In this document: piece by piece, positions 10,106-18,360 of the stretch
Numbering within the stretch: the first letter of the stretch is position 1
Layout: each line of letters begins with the position of its first letter
Assembly (NCBI GenBank): GCA_958295855.1
Contig: OY282383.1
Coordinates: 252,481 to 316,480, forward strand
From: an uncultured Poribacteria bacterium
GTDB taxonomy: Bacteria > Poribacteria > WGA-4E > WGA-3G
Reading direction: 5' to 3'
DNA: 64,000 nt
Made by a program: the position numbers and the translations under genes
Notes under the pieces: model-generated
What the model saw: only the letters and a program-made list of their open reading frames with translations
Databases searched by the model: none
Told to the model about the DNA's origin: nothing

Positions 10106-11821
10106 ATGAAGCCAATTCAGTTTTTGAGTCTACTCTGTTTGCTAATCGCGCTGCCCATTGTAGGGGTAGTGCCTTGTGCCTACCCTGCCGATATGAACGT
10201 CTTATGGGTTCGGGCGGGGGCAGTGCTCGAAACAGAACATAAACACAACGGTGAACCCAAAATCAACGTTGCAACCATATCTGAAGGGACAACACAAGCA
10301 TTAACAAATACACCAACAATCCAGCGGCTTGATGCGAAGCGTGTGCTGTTGCAATTTGCATGGCAGCCCAACCAAGCCTATCGGTTTCGCATAAATAATG
10401 CCGTAACAGCGGCGACCGCGCCGCTTAAACCGCTCCCGTATCTCATTCGCACAGTCGAATTAGATGGGCTTCTATCGCTCCTCGAAAATCTGCGGCAGCC
10501 CGCGAAACCAACAGCGATTACCCTAGGGCAAAGTAGCACGCACCCCCCGCGGGTTTCCGTACACAGCCGTCCACAAAATGCCCAGAAACTCGCCATCGCA
10601 ACCGACACCGGGCACCTCGCGATTCTCAATCCGCTCACAGGCGAAACGCTTTGGAACACCCGCATCTCGGAAGGCTACGTCAAGCATCTCGCATTTAACC
10701 ACGATAACACCATCCTCTACATTGGGGAACAGGCAGCGGACGGATTTATCTATGCTTATGCTCTGTCGCAGTCTAAACCAGTACTGCTCTGGAAATACCG
10801 CACCGCCGACGACATTGAAACCTCCACACCGAGTGACCCGGGCAGCGTCTACGCTTATGTTAGTTACCCCGGCGCAGCGTGCATCCGAGTCCTGCCCAAC
10901 GGTGATGCCCTCGTCGCCAGCGTGCATTCGTGGACACACAACGGCACGCCACAGCGGAAGTCACAACTCTACCGGTTTAACGGAAAAACAGGCGATGTAG
11001 CATGGAAATGGCCCAGCGAGGGCGCGTCGCCGAAGGTGCTGCGTTGGTTTGACATAAGTGCTGATGGAAAAACGCTGTCCCTGTTAACAGACAACAGCGG
11101 CAAGGGCAACGGCAGACTCAGCGTTCTTGATGTCGACTCCGGCACAGAACAATGGCACGCCAGTTTTGAACCGCTCACGCCCTATTTTGAAGGTGTTAGC
11201 TTTTGGCGCGGTGTTAGCATGGCACCCGATGGTAAGTTCATCAACGTTACAACGGACGACGGACGTGCCTTCATCTTTGACGCGACTGATTCCGAACCGA
11301 TTTGGCATGAAAACTTGGCGACACCGCTCGAGGTCAGCGGCGTGCCGATTATCGCCACAACTGGCACTATTGGTGCGACAGATGCTGCCGCGCTCTTTGT
11401 CACGGGCGATACATACATCCCCTATCATCTCCAGCAGGGCGCGCAACGTCCTTCCACCGCGCACCCGAACGGGATGACGCTATTCGCCTACTCATGGCGT
11501 GGCGAAAAGGCCTGGCAGTGGAAACTAGAGAATATGCCGCAAGGCTTACGCATTGATGCGAAAGGGCGTTATGCTGCGTTGGCTGTCTCCAAGCGGAGCC
11601 AAAACCCGAACGAGAGTCTACACGGCGTTTCCGTGTTTGACCTGACAGCAGAAGGTAGTGGCTTGGCAAAATACCTCTACACCTACCGTACGGAAGGGCA
11701 ACTCCCCTACGATACGCTTGCCATCAGTGCGGATGGCACGCTCATCGCCATCGTTGAGAGGCCGATTGTAATGCCAGATGAGACGGTGCGTGGGAAAAAT
11801 CGGGTGCATGTGCTGTATTGA
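10106..11821 (+). CDS. secreted PQQ/WD40-like beta-propeller repeat protein (hypothetical)
   Basis: N-terminal signal peptide. Repeated ...ETLWNTRISEGYVKHLAF... and ...GDVAWKW... propeller-like blades. A family D repeat encodes VGVVPCAYP in the signal region. Confidence 0.6.
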   Translation: MKPIQFLSLLCLLIALPIVGVVPCAYPADMNVLWVRAGAVLETEHKHNGEPKINVATISEGTTQALTNTPTIQRLDAKRVLLQFAWQPNQAYRFRINNAVTAATAPLKPLPYLIRTVELDGLLSLLENLRQPAKPTAITLGQSSTHPPRVSVHSRPQNAQKLAIATDTGHLAILNPLTGETLWNTRISEGYVKHLAFNHDNTILYIGEQAADGFIYAYALSQSKPVLLWKYRTADDIETSTPSDPGSVYAYVSYPGAACIRVLPNGDALVASVHSWTHNGTPQRKSQLYRFNGKTGDVAWKWPSEGASPKVLRWFDISADGKTLSLLTDNSGKGNGRLSVLDVDSGTEQWHASFEPLTPYFEGVSFWRGVSMAPDGKFINVTTDDGRAFIFDATDSEPIWHENLATPLEVSGVPIIATTGTIGATDAAALFVTGDTYIPYHLQQGAQRPSTAHPNGMTLFAYSWRGEKAWQWKLENMPQGLRIDAKGRYAALAVSKRSQNPNESLHGVSVFDLTAEGSGLAKYLYTYRTEGQLPYDTLAISADGTLIAIVERPIVMPDETVRGKNRVHVLY

Positions 11822-12072
11822 TTTTTCGTCATTCCTTGCGGAGAATTGAGAATGCAAGATAGGTATAACAATGCCCTATAAATCTCGTCGGAAGTTTCTG
11901 ATTAAAGCAATAAGGATATTACCCCCGCTTTGCAGGGGCAAATACAATTCTGTCACCGCCCGCTCTCTTATTTAGTTCGCCCGTAGGAGGGCACCCCGAA
12001 TCCCGATTTATTCCGTGGCGGTGACAAAAAACTGAAACCTAAATAGTCTTAGGAAAACAATGAATCAGCCTT

Positions 12073-12101
12073 GACAAATTCTGCCATTCAATGTATACTT
12101 A
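12073..12101 (+). promoter_or_regulatory. sigma70-like promoter (ttgaca-17-tatact)
   Basis: ttgaca at 12073-12078 and tatact at 12096-12101, upstream of the 12148 CDS. Confidence 0.4.
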
Positions 12102-12147
12102 TAGAAAGTACAAATGGCTAACACGCATCCAATTAATAGGAATCAAA

Positions 12148-13374
12148 ATGCAACATTTCACAGATGCAGCGTTGCTACAAATTATTGAAGACGACGAATC
12201 TGATCGCGTTGAGTTCAAGGAGTCTTTGTCTGGCAGTGCTCCGAAAGAAATCAGAGAAGCCATCTGTGCTTTTGCCAACGATTTGCCTCGCTACGAAAAA
12301 CCGGGATTCGTTTTCGTCGGAGTGAGGAAAGACAAAACTATTGTAGGGCTACCGGTTACAGATGAATTGCTCCGACAGTTGGCGGATATGAAAACTGATG
12401 GTAATATTGTGCCCCCGCCATCCCTGACAGTAGAAAAGCGTGTGCTGAAAGGCAAAGAAGTTGCTGTAGTTAAGGTGGAACCAACTGACTCACCGCCAGT
12501 TCGCTTCAAGGGCATTATCCGTATCCGTATCGGGCCTCGCCGAGGCATTGCTACCGCGCAGGATGAAAGGATTCTCAATGAAAAGCGTCGGCACAAAGAT
12601 GCCCCTTTCGACATTCAACCGGTTCTCGCGTCAGACCTATCCGATCTCAACCTAAGCCAATTTGAACACGAATATCTGGTGCAAGCCTTTGACCCTGACA
12701 TATTAGAAGCCAATGAACGCACGCTTGAAGAACGCCTAGCGGTAACGAAAATGATTGCCGCAACTGATGAGCCATTCGTGACTGTGATGGGAATCCTCGT
12801 ACTGGGCAAAAACCCACAAGATTTTCTTCCAGGGGCTTACGTGCAATTTCTCAGAATTGATAATATTCAATTAACAGACGATAGGGATATTCGTGATAGC
12901 GAGGCCATCAGGGGAGCAATCCCTGATATCCTCCGTCGTCTGGACGATAAACTGATAGCACACAATCGCACAGAGGTTGATTTCACGACTAGCCCTGTCG
13001 AACAAAGTACAGCACTTTATCCTATCCCGGCGTTGCAACAAATCATCCGGAATGCTGTTATGCACAGAACTTATGAAGCAACTCATGCACCGGTTCGCGT
13101 GTCATGGTTCAACGACCGCGTTGAAGTTTTAAGCCCCGGCGGTGCTTTTGGCGCAATAACGGTTGAAAATTTCGGGCAGCCCGATTTAACTGATTATCGC
13201 AACCCAAATCTGGCAGAAGCGATGAGAATCCTCGGTTATGTGCAAAAGTTTGGCATAGGAATACAGATAACTAGAAGTCTCCTGAAAAAAGCAGGCCATC
13301 CTGAACCAGAATTTGCAATCCTTGATAATTACGTGCGGGCAACCATAAAACTAGCACGCAAGCAAGAAATTTAA
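12148..13374 (+). CDS. AlbA_2 (Schlafen-like) DNA-binding domain protein with C-terminal HATPase-like domain (often misannotated RecG-like)
   Basis: MQHFTDAALLQIIEDDESDRVEFKESL...AICAFANDL...VFVGV is the typical AlbA_2 N-terminus. The C-terminal half resembles the ATPase-like domain that accompanies it. Confidence 0.6.
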   Translation: MQHFTDAALLQIIEDDESDRVEFKESLSGSAPKEIREAICAFANDLPRYEKPGFVFVGVRKDKTIVGLPVTDELLRQLADMKTDGNIVPPPSLTVEKRVLKGKEVAVVKVEPTDSPPVRFKGIIRIRIGPRRGIATAQDERILNEKRRHKDAPFDIQPVLASDLSDLNLSQFEHEYLVQAFDPDILEANERTLEERLAVTKMIAATDEPFVTVMGILVLGKNPQDFLPGAYVQFLRIDNIQLTDDRDIRDSEAIRGAIPDILRRLDDKLIAHNRTEVDFTTSPVEQSTALYPIPALQQIIRNAVMHRTYEATHAPVRVSWFNDRVEVLSPGGAFGAITVENFGQPDLTDYRNPNLAEAMRILGYVQKFGIGIQITRSLLKKAGHPEPEFAILDNYVRATIKLARKQEI

Positions 13375-13415
13375 GGGTATTTTACCCCTGCTTTGTAGGG
13401 GAAACCGATACCACC

Positions 13416-14438
13416 ATGACAATGCCTATTCCAGTTTTAACTTTCTTCAACAATAAAAGCGGAGTTGGTAAGACATCCCTCGTTTATCATCTCGCGTGGA
13501 TGTTATCCGACATCGGCTATCGAGTACTTGCCTGCGACCTCGACCCACAGGCAAACCTCACTAGTATGTTTATCAATGAGGAACGCCTAGAAGTACTGTG
13601 GCCTGACAGCGGCGCGCGAAAAACTATCTATAATGCCCTCCAACCGCTTTTGGACGGAACGGGAGACATTGAGCCACCTCACTTGGAGAATATAACACAC
13701 GAACGGCTAACGCAAGAATTAAGCCTCATCGTCGGCGACCTCATGCTATCTTCAACCGAAGATGAACTTTCGAGCCAATGGCCGGAGTGTTTGGACCGGC
13801 GTCCCCGTGCCTTCCGCGTCATCTCGGCACTATGGCGAATTTTGCAAAGGGCGGCGAGCGACCGGCAATCCAATATTGTCTTGGTAGATGTGGGGCCCAA
13901 CCTAGGGGCCTTGAATAGGGCGGTGCTAGTCGCTACTGATTACGTTATCGTTCCACTTGGAGCCGACCTATTTTCACTCCAAGGGCTGCGGAATCTCGGC
14001 CCGACGCTACAAGAGTGGCGAAAGGGGTGGCAAGAGAGACGTAGCCGCAACCCTATCCCTGATTTACAGATGCCCAATGGATTGATTCAACCGATTGGCT
14101 ATGTGGTGCAGCAACACGGGATTCGTCTGGAACGTCCAATTAAGGCTTACGACAAGTGGGTTAACCGGATGCCGGCAGAATACGCCCGAAACCTGCTAGG
14201 CAATAACAAGGGCCCTTACGCCAAAACACCGGCAGAAGATAAAGAAAATGCCCTCGCTACTGCCAAGCATTATCGCAGCATCGTCCCGATGGGACAGGAA
14301 GCGCGCAAACCGATTTTCCACCTCACCACGGCCGATGGAGCTATCGGCAGCCACGCTGCTGCTGCCCGCACCGCGTACAAGGATTTCAGGATTTTGTCAG
14401 AAAAGATAATCGACAGAATAGGAATTAGGAAGGCGTAA
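13416..14438 (+). CDS. ParA/MinD-family ATPase with C-terminal extension
   Basis: Deviant Walker A FFNNKSGVGKTS, then ACDLDPQANLT, then the ...VDVGPNLGALN...ATDYVIVPLGADLFSLQGL pattern. Confidence 0.7.
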   Translation: MTMPIPVLTFFNNKSGVGKTSLVYHLAWMLSDIGYRVLACDLDPQANLTSMFINEERLEVLWPDSGARKTIYNALQPLLDGTGDIEPPHLENITHERLTQELSLIVGDLMLSSTEDELSSQWPECLDRRPRAFRVISALWRILQRAASDRQSNIVLVDVGPNLGALNRAVLVATDYVIVPLGADLFSLQGLRNLGPTLQEWRKGWQERRSRNPIPDLQMPNGLIQPIGYVVQQHGIRLERPIKAYDKWVNRMPAEYARNLLGNNKGPYAKTPAEDKENALATAKHYRSIVPMGQEARKPIFHLTTADGAIGSHAAAARTAYKDFRILSEKIIDRIGIRKA

Positions 14439-14519
14439 ATATTCCGCAACAAGCGCGTTAATCTATTCGGGCGCGAGCCCTGTGCCTTGCACCACTCTCA
14501 AGCCTTTGCTGTCGATGCA

Positions 14520-14770
14520 AAAGAGAAACATCAGAAATCTCCGACGAGATCTTCCACTGCGTCACAACTACAGCAGAAACCACCAGAACTAGGCAAGAAC
14601 AAAAGTCTGAATCTCTGTGCTAATTGTCGCCGTTGGGTGCAGCTTCCCACGTTCATATTTTGACAAGGAAGGTTTTCGAAATACATCATCAGGAACCTCC
14701 GACGAGAGCTACCACAACGTCACAACCACAGCAGAAACCACCAGAACTAGGCAAGAACAAAAAATTTGAC
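14520..14770. repeat. two family A repeat copies
   Basis: atctccgacgagatcttccactgcgtcacaactacagcagaaaccaccagaactaggcaagaacaaaag at 14530-14600 and 14695-14762. Confidence 0.85.
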
Positions 14771-14877
14771 TGCTAACCAATCCATCAATTGCAGCCTCCA
14801 GGTCCCCGAGGGACGTACCACAGGCAAGTCTAAATCTTCTCAGTCGTTCTCCTAACATGATTGTGATACCCATCAGT

Positions 14878-15111
14878 TTACTTCAAGGAGAGGAAAAGTG
14901 CGATAAGCGCGATAATCGCAGCAGCACAACCTGCAGCGGCACCGACTTTGCCCCACATGGCAGATGCGGCTTCCTCTTTCCCCTCCAGTTTGCCGCGTAT
15001 CCAACCCAACTCTCGACTTACCTGCTGCTTCCACTCTTCCGTTTTCTCTATGAAGTTCTCTGTTTTCTCAATGAAGTTCAAAACGCGTTCTTTGAAGTCC
15101 TCATCAGTCAT
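14878..15111 (-). CDS. small tail-anchored membrane protein (XhlA-like coiled-coil + TM; hypothetical)
   Basis: MTDEDFKERVLNFIEKTENFIEKTEEWKQQV...GAAAGCAAAIIALIALFLSLK. Internal 7-aa tandem duplication and a C-terminal TM helix. Start chosen at the ATG ending at 15111. Confidence 0.35.
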   Translation of the reverse strand: MTDEDFKERVLNFIEKTENFIEKTEEWKQQVSRELGWIRGKLEGKEEAASAMWGKVGAAAGCAAAIIALIALFLSLK

Positions 15112-15398
15112 GATACTTCTCCTGATAACCTTGGGCGGATTGCTTGAATTTGACCGCGGAGCGAATGTGAGACATAAACTCCGCCTGTCTTGCAAGGAAT
15201 TTGGTGTTAGATATACGGTAAACATGAAAAGTGTAGGGGGAGCAAAGGTTTTGTTGTTCCCCCTACCTTTACTGTCTATTCTGTTAGCGTTTCATTGATT
15301 TTACTTGTGTCATTAGTAACCTGACAAATCTAGTTGTTCCTAGGACAGGCAGGTTCGCTAAAAACGACTCTTCCGACAACTTTGGACTAGCCAAATCG

Positions 15399-15980
15399 CT
15401 AAGATTCATCAGTTGTTACAAGCGCTAGTTTGATTAGAAAGGAGAGGACGCTTTCGATATCCTCTGGGCTCACGTCCCAACCATACTCTCCGGCAACCTG
15501 TCGCACCTCTCCTATTGTACTTTTCCCTCTCCAATTGACAATGTAGTGGACTTTTGCCGCGATGGAAAGCTTGTTAAAATCGTTAGAGATCTCCTGGGCG
15601 TTGAGGTTCTGAAGTGTTTTGTCCCATTTCCGGAAGTCAGGTTTTTGCTGGGTAGCCTCCCAGATGTTTTTAGCATCAGGGGTTAGAGAATAAGCGTGCC
15701 TGCGAATTTCTCCGAAAGCGTTTCGTTCAATTGAAGTGGAAGTAAAAGACTCCGTGACTTCATTGAGGACACCATAGTTTACTAGCCCATCTAGGTGCTC
15801 TGCAATGAAACTACTATAAGGTCCGTAATAGTGTGCGGAGAATCCAAAATTTTCTTTAAGCAAAACGCTGAGAAAATAGATTTTCTTTTGGAGGAGGGTT
15901 CTCCCCTGTAAACCTGTCTCTCCTTCCCTCGCAATAACAAGTAGAAGGACATCGACAATGTGCATGTTGTCTCCTTTCAT
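15399..15980 (-). CDS. Panacea-domain (DUF4065/GepA-like) protein, copy 1
   Basis: LLQKKIYFLSVLL...HYYGPYSSFIAEHLD fits the Panacea LQKLLYF...GPV core. The C-terminal 60 aa are nearly identical to the paralog at 22204-22785. The ~120-bp 3' flank (15301-15420) is also duplicated at 22120-22230. Confidence 0.55.
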   Translation of the reverse strand: MKGDNMHIVDVLLLVIAREGETGLQGRTLLQKKIYFLSVLLKENFGFSAHYYGPYSSFIAEHLDGLVNYGVLNEVTESFTSTSIERNAFGEIRRHAYSLTPDAKNIWEATQQKPDFRKWDKTLQNLNAQEISNDFNKLSIAAKVHYIVNWRGKSTIGEVRQVAGEYGWDVSPEDIESVLSFLIKLALVTTDES

Positions 15981-16162
15981 GAAGAACGCAAAATTTTCTG
16001 GATTTCGCTTTCCTCTTTTCCTGAGATTGTTTCGTACGGGGCATAGACTTGAATTGTCTCTAAAGCAGAGGTATCGGCGGAGTGTCTTACGAAAAACAGT
16101 TCACTTGCATAATCGCTCATAGCCCTTGGTTCCGACTGATTCTCGTCAAAAAGGGACAGCAT
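15977..16162 (-). pseudogene. remnant of HD-protein C-terminus (homologous to end of 22782-24179 gene)
   Basis: MLSLFDENQSEPRAMSDYASELFFVRHSADTSALETIQVY... aligns with ...ITIFDENQSEPRAMSDYASELFFARPATDNEASLETVQVY... at the C-terminus of the HD protein. No upstream HD body is present. Confidence 0.45.
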
Positions 16163-16316
16163 TTGTAGCGTATAGACACATACCTTCCCGCCTTAGTCCC
16201 ATAGGGACGGCATGTATATAGAAAACATTCGCTCCTCTTTTTAGCCCCGTAGGGGCGGCATGTATTGGAGGTTCAAACCTGAACATCATTTAGAAGCCAA
16301 AAATTTTACACATCCA

Positions 16317-17933
16317 TCACTCACCGAAGATGTCATCATGTAACTCCTCATAGACTGCCATACCAGGTTGAATGAGTGGGGCGAGAATATCTCTCATGAA
16401 ACTGTCTATGTTGTTTCCCATTCGTGATGGCTTGAAAGCCTCTCGCGCAGCGTGGTGGAGGTCTTGAACAATAGATTTCAGATCAGCGGCATCTTTGACA
16501 ACTTTACGCAATTCCTCAATCTTATCGGGCTTGTTTTCCTTTTCACCTAACTTAGTCAGCACCTCATCATCTATCAGGTAACTTTCAATTGTTCGCCGTG
16601 ACAAAGTGCGGATGCCTTTTTGGGCATACCTCTCTTTTGCCGAATCGGTTGCATAATCCCCGTCTCGGAGCCTGACGATTTTCGCCCTTTTCGCAATTGC
16701 CGTTATAACAGGAATCAGATTTGTGTCAGCGTTTTCTACATCTTTTCTGCCCCCGATGGAAACAAAAAGTGTTTCAGGGTGATGCTTCTCAAAAATCTGA
16801 TTATAGCACGCGGCATCAAAGCCTTCGGAAGCATCTTCGATTTTGCCTTCACAGAGAACAATCTGCTCGGGTACCACTAATTCGGAGAGGTCATCAAGGG
16901 TGACTTCATAGATGCGCGCCCAGAGATTTGAATCCGGCGGAGTGGGTATAAGCGTTACAGGTTCGTCGAAGTCGTGCCTATCAAAATTAAGGAAAACGAC
17001 AGATTTCGGACACTTTCGCCAGAGATCTTGCGCCTTGCGCACCATGCCAATGGAATGGGTCGCAATCCAAAGTTGGGACTTGTCAGGAATAAGGTTGTAA
17101 AGTTCCTCAAGGAGTTGTCCCTGAAGTTTCGTGTGCATGTGGGATTCAGGTTCGTCAATGCAAATGATGGTTTCGTCGTATTCAGCCTTTGTGACTATGA
17201 CATCCAGGAGCAGATCTAGTGCCGCCTTTTCCCCGCTGGCGAGATTCTGATATGAAAACCTCTCGCTTGTCCCTTTGTCAAATTGGAAGAATCCTCCGTC
17301 TGCCGGATGTCCCAAGTTCTTTAAAACCAATTTTGGGTCGTTGAATAGTCTACATATTGCGCCGCGGAGTTCGCCAAGAATCTCGTCTTGAAGCTCGGTT
17401 AAACTTTTCCCGTGTTGTCCGATTTCCGAACTACGCTCTAGCCATCGAGATGCTAACCTCCAATAATTTGATACAACAGCCTCATCATTTTCTATCAGGC
17501 TGACAAGCCGACGTTCCTTTAGTGGATTGTCCCTGTTGATGGTATGCGAATGAGTCATCGTATAGTTTCTGTAGGCGGAACGCGCGCTCACGCATTTGTC
17601 CCATTCATAGTCCGAGTACGGGTCTCCTCCGTGGAATTCTACATTTACGCAATCCGATATAAAACCACCTAAGAATCCAAGAAGGCTTTCTGATGGATAA
17701 TCACTAGATTTGACATAGTACTCCAAGATTTGGTAATAGTCATCCGATGTTTTAGTTTCATCTGTTGGAATGGGTGATAAATAGGTATAGAACTTCAGAC
17801 CCTCAAACACCGAGGACTTTCCGCATCCGTTGGGACCTATCATGACCACGAGCTTCGCCGTTTCAGGTAAGCCTTCAATAGTTAGGTCTGTGAAACGTTT
17901 GAAATTTTTCAGTTTAATCGATTTTATCTTCAT
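16317..17933 (-). CDS. OLD-family ATP-dependent endonuclease-like protein (ABC-type ATPase + C-terminal TOPRIM-like domain)
   Basis: Start at MKIKSIKLKNFKRFTDL. Walker A GPNGCGKSS, Walker B ICIDEPESHMH, then WIATHS. C-terminal VLCEGKIED...IGGRKD...RLRDGDY resembles the TOPRIM E / DxD motifs. The ORF's upstream 76 codons are repeat-derived. Confidence 0.7.
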   Translation of the reverse strand: MKIKSIKLKNFKRFTDLTIEGLPETAKLVVMIGPNGCGKSSVFEGLKFYTYLSPIPTDETKTSDDYYQILEYYVKSSDYPSESLLGFLGGFISDCVNVEFHGGDPYSDYEWDKCVSARSAYRNYTMTHSHTINRDNPLKERRLVSLIENDEAVVSNYWRLASRWLERSSEIGQHGKSLTELQDEILGELRGAICRLFNDPKLVLKNLGHPADGGFFQFDKGTSERFSYQNLASGEKAALDLLLDVIVTKAEYDETIICIDEPESHMHTKLQGQLLEELYNLIPDKSQLWIATHSIGMVRKAQDLWRKCPKSVVFLNFDRHDFDEPVTLIPTPPDSNLWARIYEVTLDDLSELVVPEQIVLCEGKIEDASEGFDAACYNQIFEKHHPETLFVSIGGRKDVENADTNLIPVITAIAKRAKIVRLRDGDYATDSAKERYAQKGIRTLSRRTIESYLIDDEVLTKLGEKENKPDKIEELRKVVKDAADLKSIVQDLHHAAREAFKPSRMGNNIDSFMRDILAPLIQPGMAVYEELHDDIFGE

Positions 17934-18162
17934 ATAATACACTCCTAAACGTTGAATTGGTATGATTGCGGAGGCAACCCCTGTCCAGTCACATACTGCG
18001 CCGCTGGAGCGGAAGAGGGGAGCCTCGGTGCGATGCTCCTCTTTAGCCCTATAAGGGCGACATGTGTATAGTACCGCGGGCCCACCCTCCCCCTTAGCAC
18101 CAGCGGGGGCGACATGTGTCGAATGAAAACCAAAAATTAATGGGAGGATGGAGGTGTTCATT

Positions 18163-18270
18163 GTCTGAATCGCGGATTACGCAGATTACGCGGATTAACG
18201 CGGAGAAGAGCAGAACCCCTCTTAAAATCCGCGTTTATCCGTGTTATCCGTGATAATCCGCGATTCAGAC
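18163..18270. repeat. 108-bp palindromic element with GCGGATTA-type iterons
   Basis: gtctgaatcgcggattacgcagattacgcggattaacgcggag...ctcttaaaatccgcgtttatccgtgttatccgtgataatccgcgattcagac. The 17-bp terminal inverted repeats enclose 3-4 tandem 9-bp units on each arm. Confidence 0.5.
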
Positions 18271-18323
18271 AAAAAAATAATCCGCGCTCGCAACTCAGAA
18301 ATAAGGAAAACGCGCGACTCCCA

Positions 18324-18354
18324 CACACCTACATCCCTGCATCCCGATACGTCC
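18324..18354. repeat. 31-bp direct repeat copy 1 (cacacctacatccctgcatcccgatacgtc)
   Basis: Second copy at 24334-24364 with 1 mismatch. The two copies flank the MTase + Panacea-2 + HD segment. Confidence 0.7.
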
Positions 18355-18360
18355 ACTTAA

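Noticed and set aside
10378-11669. Multiple 90-140-aa ORFs on both strands inside 10106-11821
   Set aside because: All overlap the longer beta-propeller ORF; no motifs; likely shadow frames.
11951-12026. 10-bp inverted repeat (tgtcaccgcc / ggcggtgaca) as island boundary or att site
   Set aside because: Short, with a 56-bp loop, and no matching repeat at the other island edge; insufficient support.
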